Positions 50,270-58,730 of a stretch of 64,000 nucleotides of DNA are shown piece by piece; the first letter of the stretch is position 1; each line of letters starts with the position of its first letter. The notes under the pieces are model-generated. The model saw nothing but the letters and a program-made list of their open reading frames with translations. It was not told the origin of the DNA and ran no database searches. Made by a program: the position numbers and the translations under genes. This stretch comes from Pseudomonadota bacterium (GTDB lineage: Bacteria > Pseudomonadota > Gammaproteobacteria > Burkholderiales > SG8-39), in NCBI GenBank assembly GCA_947455195.1, contig CANGMI010000007.1, positions 212,875-276,874 on the forward strand. The letters are read 5' to 3'.

Positions 50270-52453
50270 GTGCCCCCCGTGAGTGCATCCATCACCCAAC
50301 GATTCATCCTGACCCGTGCCGCCGGCAAGGTTGTTGCAGTCCGTCTCGAAGGGTCGGGTGATTCAACTGCCCCGGGTGTCGTCCAGCGCTCGCTCGCGCC
50401 GGTTGGGGATCGAGCCGTGACCGATCAGAACGCCTCCACGCAGGGCGATGTGGTGCAGCGAGTTCCATCGGAACAGCTGCGTGTCTTGCGCCCAGCCGTC
50501 GACCCGGGAGTGGACGAGCATGGTCACACGGATGAGGATGCCGGAGCGCTTTTCAGGGAGGGGTTGCGGCACCACCAGCAAGGGCAACTGATGCAGGCCC
50601 GAGCTCTTTATGAACGGGTTCTGGCCCAGGTGCCTGCCCATTTCGATGCACTGCATCTGTCGGGGGTTGCCGCCGGGCAACGCAATGATCCCGGCGAGGC
50701 TGTTCGATGGATCGAACGCGCGATTGGCGTGAATCCCGACTGCGCGGAAGCACATCAGAACCTGGGTCTCGCCTTCAGGAAGTTGAACCGATTGCGCGAA
50801 GCGCTCGAAAGTCACGATCGTGCCATTTCGCTTCGCGCGGACTATGCAGAAGCGTGGTCGAGTCGTGGTGTGTCGTTGCAGGCCTCGGGGCGCCGGGAGG
50901 ATGCCTTGCACAGCTTTGCGCGCGCCGTCGAAATCGATCCCGACCTGGTCGACGCCTGGTTCAACCATGGCGTGGTCTTGATGGATTTGAAGCGGTCCGA
51001 TGAAGCTGTGCCCAGTTTCGATCAGGCGATCCGGGTCAGCCCTCGCCATGCACAAGCGCACCTGAGCCGCGGTAACGCGCTGCGGGCAGTAAAGCGATGG
51101 GATGAAGCGCTTGCCAGCCTCGATCGGGCGATCGAGATCAATCCCGATCATGCACAAGCGCACGCGAATCGCGGCGATGCGTTGCGGGAATCGAACCGGC
51201 TGGATGAATCGGTTGCCAGCTACGATCGAGCGATCCTGATCAAGCCTGACTTTGCGGACGCCTGCTTGAGCCGAGGCCTCGCCCTGATGGAACTCGATCG
51301 GATCAATGAGGCGGTCGCCAGCTACGACCGTGCCATCCTGATCAAGCCTGCCTATGCCGAAGCGCACTCCAATCGCGGCGTTGCCTTGATGCTTCTCGGT
51401 CGCCTCGTGGATGCGCGTGCGAGCTATGACGAGGCTCTGCGGGTCAATCCCCAACTACCCGAGGCACGCTGGAACAAGTCGCTCACATTGCTGTTGACGG
51501 GAGACTTCGAGCGCGGTTGGCCGTTGTACGAAGCGCGCTGGGAGAGCGAGCACTTCAGTGCCCCGCGGCGTGACTTTCCGCAGCCTCAGTGGTCTGGTGT
51601 TGAGGACATCCGCGGCAAGACCCTGCTTCTTCATGCGGAACAAGGTCTGGGCGACACGATTCAGTTCTGCCGCTACGCCGCACAGGTGGCTGCACGCGGG
51701 GCACGGGTGATCCTCGAGGCGCAGCCGCCCTTGCTGCCGTTGCTGAGTGGTCTGGCCGGACCCGATCAGATCCTTGCCGCGGGCACGCCCTTGCCAGACT
51801 TTGATTACCACTGTCCTCTGCTGTCCATGCCGCTTGCCTGCGGCAGCACTCTGGAAAGCATTCCAGATCCGACGCCTTATCTGTTCGCCCCGCGCGAAGC
51901 GGTGTCTGCCTGGGCAGACAGGCTGGGCGCTGCGCGCGCGCTGCGCGTGGGCATTACCTGGAGCGGCAACGCGGCGTACAAGGGCGATCGACTGCGCAGC
52001 ATGCCGTTTTCGGAATTCGCGACTGCCTTGCCTTCGGGCCCTCTCGAGTACTTCGTCGTTCAGCATCCCGTCCCGGAACGCGATCGGGGTGTGCTCGCGG
52101 CGCGTCACGATGTGCGGGATTTCGCAGCCGACTTCGCACAGACCGCTGCCCTGATGACGCAGCTCGACCTCGTCGTCACCACCGATACGAGTATCGCCCA
52201 CCTGGCGGGGGCGCTGGGCAAGACGACCTGGGTCCTGCTGCCCTGCATGCCAGACTGGCGGTGGTTGCTCGATCGCACCGACTCGCCCTGGTACCGGACG
52301 ATGAAGCTCTACCGGCAGTCGGCAGACCGGTCATGGGCGTCGGTTCTGGAGCGCGTGGCCCGGGATCTGCTGGCCCTCGCGAGCGGGAAAGGATCCTTCC
52401 CCGCACCGGTGCTCGATCCGATCTCCCTGTCTGGCGGGTCTGATCAGGCTTGA
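50270..52453 (+). CDS. TPR-repeat protein with a C-terminal glycosyltransferase family 9 (heptosyltransferase-like) domain
   Basis: About 9-10 consecutive 34-aa TPR units at roughly aa 90-400, including two near-identical adjacent units (51212-51313 and 51314-51415; VASYDRAILIKP). The C-terminal part (LLHAEQGLGDTIQFCRY, VVTTDTSIAHLAGALGKTTWVLL) is GT9-like. Start uncertain: GTG at 50270 or 50279. The ORF-track ATG at 49934 lies inside the pyruvyl transferase gene. Confidence 0.75.
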   Translation: MPPVSASITQRFILTRAAGKVVAVRLEGSGDSTAPGVVQRSLAPVGDRAVTDQNASTQGDVVQRVPSEQLRVLRPAVDPGVDEHGHTDEDAGALFREGLRHHQQGQLMQARALYERVLAQVPAHFDALHLSGVAAGQRNDPGEAVRWIERAIGVNPDCAEAHQNLGLAFRKLNRLREALESHDRAISLRADYAEAWSSRGVSLQASGRREDALHSFARAVEIDPDLVDAWFNHGVVLMDLKRSDEAVPSFDQAIRVSPRHAQAHLSRGNALRAVKRWDEALASLDRAIEINPDHAQAHANRGDALRESNRLDESVASYDRAILIKPDFADACLSRGLALMELDRINEAVASYDRAILIKPAYAEAHSNRGVALMLLGRLVDARASYDEALRVNPQLPEARWNKSLTLLLTGDFERGWPLYEARWESEHFSAPRRDFPQPQWSGVEDIRGKTLLLHAEQGLGDTIQFCRYAAQVAARGARVILEAQPPLLPLLSGLAGPDQILAAGTPLPDFDYHCPLLSMPLACGSTLESIPDPTPYLFAPREAVSAWADRLGAARALRVGITWSGNAAYKGDRLRSMPFSEFATALPSGPLEYFVVQHPVPERDRGVLAARHDVRDFAADFAQTAALMTQLDLVVTTDTSIAHLAGALGKTTWVLLPCMPDWRWLLDRTDSPWYRTMKLYRQSADRSWASVLERVARDLLALASGKGSFPAPVLDPISLSGGSDQA

Positions 52454-53171
52454 TCTTCGAACCAGCGGCGTATGGCGCGTCGATCCGGTTTGCCGGCCGG
52501 CGTCACCGGAAACTCGTCAAACAGCTGGTGGCGGACCTGGCCGAGAGCCTCGTGATGGAAGGCGTCCGAGAGCGTTTCGAGGAGTGCCTCCCGGTCAGCG
52601 CCGGACATGACACGCACGGCCACACACAAGGTTGTCTTCAGCGATTCCGGATTGGTGTGATCGACGCAGATCACATCGGCGACGCCCGGCACCGTGCGCA
52701 GTCGAGATTCATCGATTCGGCAAGCAGAGCCGGGGACAGGTGGATGATCGTCTTCCCCTCGACCGGTGCAGCAGGCTGGTCCACCACGAGACAGCGGCAG
52801 ATGCGCTTGAGCCGACTGTGAGGCTGCATGGTGTTCCGCTCGAGCGAGACGCTGGCACCGCCGCTGGCCTCTATGGCGAGGAGGAGCGCAAGGTGGAGGA
52901 CAGGATCGTCGACCGCGACGCCTACGACCGTGCCTGGCTCGGTTACCGCGGGGCCTATCATCCGCGCCAGTGCTGCCACCCTCTGTGCCAGTTGCCGATA
53001 GCTCAGGCGAACGGAGGTTGATACGACGGCCTCGACGTCGGGGTGCGCCCGAACGGACTGGAGAAACCCCGAGAGAACGGAGGCTGGCATGTCGGACCAG
53101 CGGGTCGGCAGGTGAGGATCGGAAGCAGTCATGGCCCGCGAAGACGAACAGCTGTGGTGAGGGGACGACAA
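52444..53171 (-). pseudogene. Relic of an adenylate-forming (AMP-binding) enzyme: N-terminal ~150 aa and C-terminal ~80 aa in different frames, central core missing
   Basis: ORF 52671-53171 encodes an acyl-CoA-ligase-like N-terminus (LSYRQLAQRVAALARMIG, VGVAVDDPVLHLALLLAIEASGGASV). ORF 52444-52692 encodes the C-terminal subdomain (PGVADVICV, FDEFPVTPAGKPDRRAIRRW). The ~300-aa core with the AMP-binding signature is absent. Confidence 0.5.
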
Positions 53172-53284
53172 ACCCGCTTCGAAAAGCTTACCTCACTCGG
53201 CTCGTGCCCTTCCGTGCAGTTCGTCAAGCGCATCGACTCGATGCATCAGGGGTCGGCAGCGTATCGGGTGAACCTTCAGAGGAT

Positions 53285-54946
53285 TCAGCCCGCTTGCGGG
53301 ATCTCACCGGCGAGTCGTTTCGCGAGTCCGTGCAGCACTGAGTGCAATTCAGTCGATGAACCGCATGCCGCATGCACATAGTGATCAGGCCGGATGAGCG
53401 TGGCCTTGCACTGGTGGCGTTCAAACCAGGCGGCGACAATGCCGTCGGTCTCGATCCAGCCTGGTTGGGTTGGAGCAGATGCCATCGGAACGACCTGCAT
53501 GAACTCACCCAAGGGTGTGGGCAACACAACCTGCCAGTCGCTTGCCGTGACCGCAAGCACGACACGCCAGCCGGTGCCCGCGGCGTCATCAAGCAGGTCT
53601 TCATCGGGCGTGCCAGTTGCTCCCCGCGCCCTCTGTACGCGCGGCTGTGGGAAGAGTGTGCCGCAGGCCGGATGCGGCTCGGGGGCGAGCCAGCCGGCCA
53701 CAAGACCCGGCATGAGATCCTGGCGGATGAGGGTCTTGACCTCGCCACCGTTACGCGCGAGCAGTGCTGCATCGCGCGCTCGTGCAGCCACCGGGTCGAG
53801 TACGCACATGTAGCGACCGATGCCCAGGATGGTGTCAAGCAGCGATCGCACATGGGCATTGCGCTCTTCGAAGTAGGTGTCAAGCAACGGATCGCTCGCC
53901 TGGGCGGCCATCACCTGATGGAGCTTCCACGCCAGATTGCTCGCATCTCGAATGCCCTGGCACATGCCCTGGCCAAGAAAGGGGGGTTGCTGGTGTGCCG
54001 CGTCCCCCGCCAGAAATACCCGGCCGCGGCGCCACTCTCGAGCGACCAGCGAGCGGAAGCGATAGCTGGCACGGCGCCACAGCTGTGCATCTTGCGGACT
54101 GATCCAGCGTGCCAGCAGCGCCCAGACACTGCCTTCCTGCTCGAGCTGTTCGGGGTCCTCACCGGGCAAGACCATGAATTCGAAGCGGCGGTGGTTGCCA
54201 CCGCAGACGACATACATGCCAGGCCGTTTCGGATCGTAGAAGTGGGTACTGACCTTGGGCAGGCGTTCAATGCCCCGCTCATTGGCGAGCAGATCGATCA
54301 CCAGCCACGGTGCATTGAAGCCAAAGTCCTCGACCTCGACGCCCAGCAATCGCCTTACCGTGCTCGAGGCCCCATCAGCGCCAATGACATAGCGTGCGCG
54401 CGCCCCGACCGTGCTGCCGCTGGCATCCTCCAGCCTCAGGTCGACGCCATCCGGATCCTGACTCAATGCCGTCAGTGACTGTCCCAGCATGACGGTGACA
54501 TCGGGGAGCGCTGCGAGCCGGTCGCGCAGCAATTGCTCGGCATCGGGCTGGCGAAACGTGGCCGTGGGTGGCCAACCCAGCGGCCAGGGCTTGGGCAGCA
54601 TGCCGACGCGGCGCAGCAGCTGTCCGTCAGCGCCATAGTTCTCCGACAGCGTGAACGGGGTGAGTTGTGGCGCCAGTGCCTTGGCGATGCCGCACTCTTG
54701 CAGGATGCGCATGATCTCGTGGTCGAGTGCGACTGCCCTCGGCTTGTCGTGGATCGTGCGGGCGCGATCCAGCGCAAGAATACGCAAGGGGCGCCCGGCG
54801 ACACCCAGATTGCCGAGCAAGGCAGCCGCGACCGCACCGGTAGGCCCGAGGCCAATCAATGCGACATCATGGACGGCTGAATCGGCAGGTGCGCGGGTGC
54901 GCGGAACAACAGAACGCTGGGGGTCGGACACGGTAGCGAGAGTCAT
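53285..54946 (-). CDS. FAD-dependent aromatic-ring monooxygenase (MhpA/3-(3-hydroxyphenyl)propionate hydroxylase-like)
   Basis: N-terminal dinucleotide fold (DVALIGLGPTGAVAAALLG), GADGASSTVR, the FLAGDAAHQQPPFLGQGMCQGIRDASNLAWKL motif and a C-terminal thioredoxin-like extension (553 aa). Confidence 0.85.
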   Translation of the reverse strand: MTLATVSDPQRSVVPRTRAPADSAVHDVALIGLGPTGAVAAALLGNLGVAGRPLRILALDRARTIHDKPRAVALDHEIMRILQECGIAKALAPQLTPFTLSENYGADGQLLRRVGMLPKPWPLGWPPTATFRQPDAEQLLRDRLAALPDVTVMLGQSLTALSQDPDGVDLRLEDASGSTVGARARYVIGADGASSTVRRLLGVEVEDFGFNAPWLVIDLLANERGIERLPKVSTHFYDPKRPGMYVVCGGNHRRFEFMVLPGEDPEQLEQEGSVWALLARWISPQDAQLWRRASYRFRSLVAREWRRGRVFLAGDAAHQQPPFLGQGMCQGIRDASNLAWKLHQVMAAQASDPLLDTYFEERNAHVRSLLDTILGIGRYMCVLDPVAARARDAALLARNGGEVKTLIRQDLMPGLVAGWLAPEPHPACGTLFPQPRVQRARGATGTPDEDLLDDAAGTGWRVVLAVTASDWQVVLPTPLGEFMQVVPMASAPTQPGWIETDGIVAAWFERHQCKATLIRPDHYVHAACGSSTELHSVLHGLAKRLAGEIPQAG

Positions 54947-55104
54947 GGATCGGTTCAGTGATGCAGGTTACGGATCGACCTTGCAGGTGTCTACCGGGTC
55001 GATCGCACGGCGGTCTGCAGGCGCGCTTTCCTGTTGCACCGAGGCTTGAGCGCACACTATGATGAACTTTTGAAAAAGACCAACTGGCACGGGAGACATG
55101 CGCC

Positions 55105-55566
55105 ATGGATCGGGCCACCGAACGCGCCATCGAATGGGATTGCACCCAGCTCATCCATGACTTCTATCTCTGTCTGGATGAAAAACGTTACGCCGATCTG
55201 CTGGATCTGTTCGCTGCCGATGGGGCCTGGGTACGCCTGGGCACCGAGTTGAAGGGGCGCGCCCAGATCGCCGAGGCCATGAGTGAGCGTGACCACTGGG
55301 TGACCGCTCATGTGGTGTCCAATGTGCGCGTGCGCGTCGTGGACGAGACCAGCGCGCACAGCACGCAGTACATCACGCTCTACCGACACGAGGGGGCAAC
55401 CGCGGCGAGCGGACCGGTTGCGGTTGTGCCACCGCTGGGTCTGTTGCGCCACCAGGACACGCTGGTGCGCGTCGGCGAGCAATGGCGTTTCCAGCGCAAG
55501 ACCAGTCGCGCGATCATGGTCGATCGCGATCGTGTGACCCACTATGACCGAGCACAGGGTCGCTGA
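55105..55566 (+). CDS. NTF2-like (SnoaL-type) protein
   Basis: IHDFYLCLDEKRYADLLDLFAADGAWV pattern. GGGAGA SD 8 nt upstream. Function unknown. Confidence 0.6.
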   Translation: MDRATERAIEWDCTQLIHDFYLCLDEKRYADLLDLFAADGAWVRLGTELKGRAQIAEAMSERDHWVTAHVVSNVRVRVVDETSAHSTQYITLYRHEGATAASGPVAVVPPLGLLRHQDTLVRVGEQWRFQRKTSRAIMVDRDRVTHYDRAQGR

Positions 55567-55594
55567 AGACGGCCCTCAGCATCAGGGAGACATC

Positions 55595-56572
55595 ATGCTC
55601 ATTGCACGCGACTTCCAGGGCCTGTATGCCATCCTGCCAACGCCGGCCCGGCCGGGCGCAGACCGATTCGACGCGACCGACACCGTCGATACCGACGAGA
55701 CCGCACGGGTCATCGATCAACTGATTGCCGATGGGGTCTCGGGTCTCATCGTGCTCGGGACGACGGGCGAGTGCGCGACCCTGTCGCAGACTGACTACGA
55801 GACGTTCGTCGCCTGCGTCATCGAGACCACGGCGCGGCGCGTGCCGGTTCTGGTGGGCGCGACTGCCGCGGGTGGTCACGAGGTCGTGCGACGCCTGCGC
55901 TTCGTGCAGGACCTGGGGGCCGAGGGCACCTTGCTTGGCATGCCGATGTGGCAGCCGGTCACCTTGCCGATGGCAGTGGACTACTACCGTGAGCTGTCCA
56001 GCCTGTTTCCGGCACTGGCCATCATGGTGTACGCCAATGCGCGCGCGTTCCGGTTCCAGTTCGGCCCCGAGTTCTGGACGGCTCTCGCGCGCGAGGCACC
56101 CACGGTGACCTCGGCCAAGTTCTCGCGTCCGACCCATCTGGCCGCGCTGCATGAAGCCACCGCAGGGCGCATTCATTTCATGCCCAATGAGTCGACCATC
56201 CAGAACTTCTTTGCGCTCTCGCCATCGACCACCACCGCCTGCTGGTCGACTGCTGCAGGCATGGGCCCGGAGCCTTGTCTGGCCATCCTCGATGCGGTCA
56301 GACGCGGCGACGAGGCGGCTGTCGCTGCCGTTGCCGCGCAGATTGCCTGGGCGCATGAACCGGTCAAGCCGATCATGAGTGATCCGGACATCTTCGGATC
56401 GTACAACATTCAACTCGAAAAAATCCGCATGGACGAGGCGGCTTATTGTCGTGCCGGACCCATTCGTCCTCCCTACAACCACATGCCGACCGATTACGCC
56501 GTGGCGGCTCGCGCCTGCGGCCAGCGCTGGGCCAGCTTGCGACCCGATGGCGCAGCGACGAGGCCCGCATGA
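55595..56572 (+). CDS. Dihydrodipicolinate synthase/N-acetylneuraminate lyase family (class I aldolase) protein
   Basis: GLIVLGTTGECATLS motif. GGGAGA SD upstream of ATG 55595. The ORF-track start at 55544 overlaps the preceding gene. Confidence 0.75.
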   Translation: MLIARDFQGLYAILPTPARPGADRFDATDTVDTDETARVIDQLIADGVSGLIVLGTTGECATLSQTDYETFVACVIETTARRVPVLVGATAAGGHEVVRRLRFVQDLGAEGTLLGMPMWQPVTLPMAVDYYRELSSLFPALAIMVYANARAFRFQFGPEFWTALAREAPTVTSAKFSRPTHLAALHEATAGRIHFMPNESTIQNFFALSPSTTTACWSTAAGMGPEPCLAILDAVRRGDEAAVAAVAAQIAWAHEPVKPIMSDPDIFGSYNIQLEKIRMDEAAYCRAGPIRPPYNHMPTDYAVAARACGQRWASLRPDGAATRPA

Positions 56573-57546
56573 AAGGCCTCGTCGCGAGTTTCTCGTGCCT
56601 TGTCGCGCTGTCATCCCTGCTGCTCGCCCCGGCCCGCAGTGATGAGTTTCCGAATCGCCCGATCCGGTTGGTCGTGCCCTACACGACCGGCGCTTTTCCG
56701 GACACCATGGCACGACTGTTTGGCCATGAAATGGGGCGGCTGTTGCAGCAGCCCTTCGTGATCGATAATCGACAAGGCGGCTTTGGTGTGGTCGGCTCCG
56801 ACCTGGTGGCCAGATCGGCCGCCGATGGCTATACGTTGCTGGTCAATGATGTGCAGTTGTGGGCCGTGGGGCCAGCACTGATGAAGTCGTTGCCGTTTGA
56901 TGCCATGCGCGACTTCAGCCCGATCGGCATCCTTGGCACGACGCCACTGTTTCTCGCCATGAGCGCGAATCTTCCGGTTGAAGCCAATCTGCGCGAGTTG
57001 ATCGCGCTGTTCAAGTCATCACCGGGCAAATACAACTACGGTACCCCGGGCATGGGTACCATTCATCACTTTGCCACCGCGGCTTTGCTCGCAGAGGCCG
57101 GCGTCAAGGTTACCCATGTTCCCTACAAAGGTGGCCCGGCGCTGGTGCAGGGTCTGGCAACCGGCGAGGTGGCCATCGGGTTTCAGGCTTTGACCACGTT
57201 GCCTGCCTTCATTCAGAAGGGTTCGGTGAAGGTGGTTGCGGTGGCCACCGAGCGACGATCGGCCGCCTTGCCCGATGTGCCGACGTTCGCCGAACTGGGG
57301 ATGGAAAACATGCTGTTCCCCGGCTCCATGGGTCTGCTGGCCCCGGCCGGTACGCCGCCTGCGGTCATAGAGCGGCTTGCTACCGCGGTGGCACAGGCTG
57401 CCCAGGATGGCGAGTTGCGGCGCAAGCTGGCCACGCTGGGCATCCTGCCGGGCGGCATCTCGAGTGCCGAGATGAAGACCATGATGAAGGCTGACAGCGA
57501 GCGCTATGCCCGCGTGGCACGTGTTGCGCAGATGGAAGGGCAGTGA
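56569..57546 (+). CDS. Bug family (TctC-like) substrate-binding protein
   Basis: Signal peptide, then FPNRPIRLVVPYTTGAFPDTMARL. The ATG overlaps the upstream stop (ATGA). Confidence 0.8.
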   Translation: MKGLVASFSCLVALSSLLLAPARSDEFPNRPIRLVVPYTTGAFPDTMARLFGHEMGRLLQQPFVIDNRQGGFGVVGSDLVARSAADGYTLLVNDVQLWAVGPALMKSLPFDAMRDFSPIGILGTTPLFLAMSANLPVEANLRELIALFKSSPGKYNYGTPGMGTIHHFATAALLAEAGVKVTHVPYKGGPALVQGLATGEVAIGFQALTTLPAFIQKGSVKVVAVATERRSAALPDVPTFAELGMENMLFPGSMGLLAPAGTPPAVIERLATAVAQAAQDGELRRKLATLGILPGGISSAEMKTMMKADSERYARVARVAQMEGQ

Positions 57547-57643
57547 CGGGCCATCGTCATGGGCGGATGTGACGCCGGCTGCCCATCGCGGAGACTGAAT
57601 CAGGATTCCTTGGCATCGGACTGCGAGTGCCCCCCGCATTTCA

Positions 57644-58666
57644 TCATTCGCGCGGGATATTCGACTGCGCGACCACATCCTTCCAGCGTTGCAGGTCCTT
57701 GCGGATGAGGGCACTGACCGCCTTGTCATCGCCCACCACGGGTTCGAAGCCCAACCGACGCAGGCGCGCGGTCAGATCAGGGTCACGCATGGCGGCCATC
57801 GAGGCTTCGCGCAGTTCGGCCACCACCGCCGGCGGCGTGCCTGCCGGTGCCATGGTCACGTACCAGATGTCATGCGTGAGTCCGGCGATGCCGCCTTCGG
57901 CGAGCGCGGGCACATCGGGCAATAGCGGGCTTCGCTTTTCGCTCAGGATGGCAATCCCGCGCAGCCGCCCGCCAGCAATCTGCTGCGTGAGCGACGAGGC
58001 ACTGGTCAGCACCGCATTGGTCTGGCCGCCCAGGGCATCGCTGATGGCCGGACCGCTTCCCCGGTACGGTACGTGGCGCATCTTGAGGGGCGTCTTCAGG
58101 TTGAGCAGTTCACCGAACAGATGCGGTGAGGTTCCCACCCCTGGGGTGCCGAAGGTGATCGGCTCCCTGGCCGAGAGCGTGATCAGTTCGCTCAGGTTCC
58201 TCGCGGCCAGGCCTGGGTAGATCGCCAGAACCAGCGGCGTGGTGGCAATCATCGAAATCGGCTCGAAGTCCTTGATCGGATCGAAGGGCACGTTCGCGTA
58301 CATATTGGGGTTGGTCGCGAGGATTTCGTTGGCAAAGAGGATCGTGTACCCATCGTGCGGCGCACGCGCCACCTCGGCGGTACCGATGTTGCCTCCTGCA
58401 CCAGCCCGGTTGTCGACGAGCACGTTCTGTTTGAGCAGCGACGACAGTTTCTCGGCATAGGGCCGCGCGACTGCATCGAAACCACCCCCGGGCGGGAAGG
58501 GCACGACCATGCGGAGCGGCCGGTTGGGGAAGCCATCTGCGGCCTGCGTATCGGGTGCCATCGATCCCAGAACCAGGGCGACGAGCGGGACCGTGAGGGG
58601 TGCAAGGAGGAGGCCACCGAGCGCGCAGCGCAGCCGTCCGGAGGCCCTCAGGCGTCGATCGTTCAT
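57644..58666 (-). CDS. Bug family (TctC-like) substrate-binding protein
   Basis: Signal peptide ending TQAADG, then FPNRPLRMVVPFPPGGGFDAVARP. Confidence 0.85.
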   Translation of the reverse strand: MNDRRLRASGRLRCALGGLLLAPLTVPLVALVLGSMAPDTQAADGFPNRPLRMVVPFPPGGGFDAVARPYAEKLSSLLKQNVLVDNRAGAGGNIGTAEVARAPHDGYTILFANEILATNPNMYANVPFDPIKDFEPISMIATTPLVLAIYPGLAARNLSELITLSAREPITFGTPGVGTSPHLFGELLNLKTPLKMRHVPYRGSGPAISDALGGQTNAVLTSASSLTQQIAGGRLRGIAILSEKRSPLLPDVPALAEGGIAGLTHDIWYVTMAPAGTPPAVVAELREASMAAMRDPDLTARLRRLGFEPVVGDDKAVSALIRKDLQRWKDVVAQSNIPRE

Positions 58667-58730
58667 CAGGGGCAGCCTTGCGTGATGGTTCGGTGGATTC
58701 TTGCGCGGGTGGGTCGCTGATGTCGGTCGA

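Noticed and set aside
49029-53300. Bona fide integrative genomic island at the tRNA (att repeats, integrase)
   Set aside because: No integrase or recombinase ORF is present, and a visual scan found no direct repeat of the tRNA 3' end downstream. It is reported only as an accessory module of uncertain origin.
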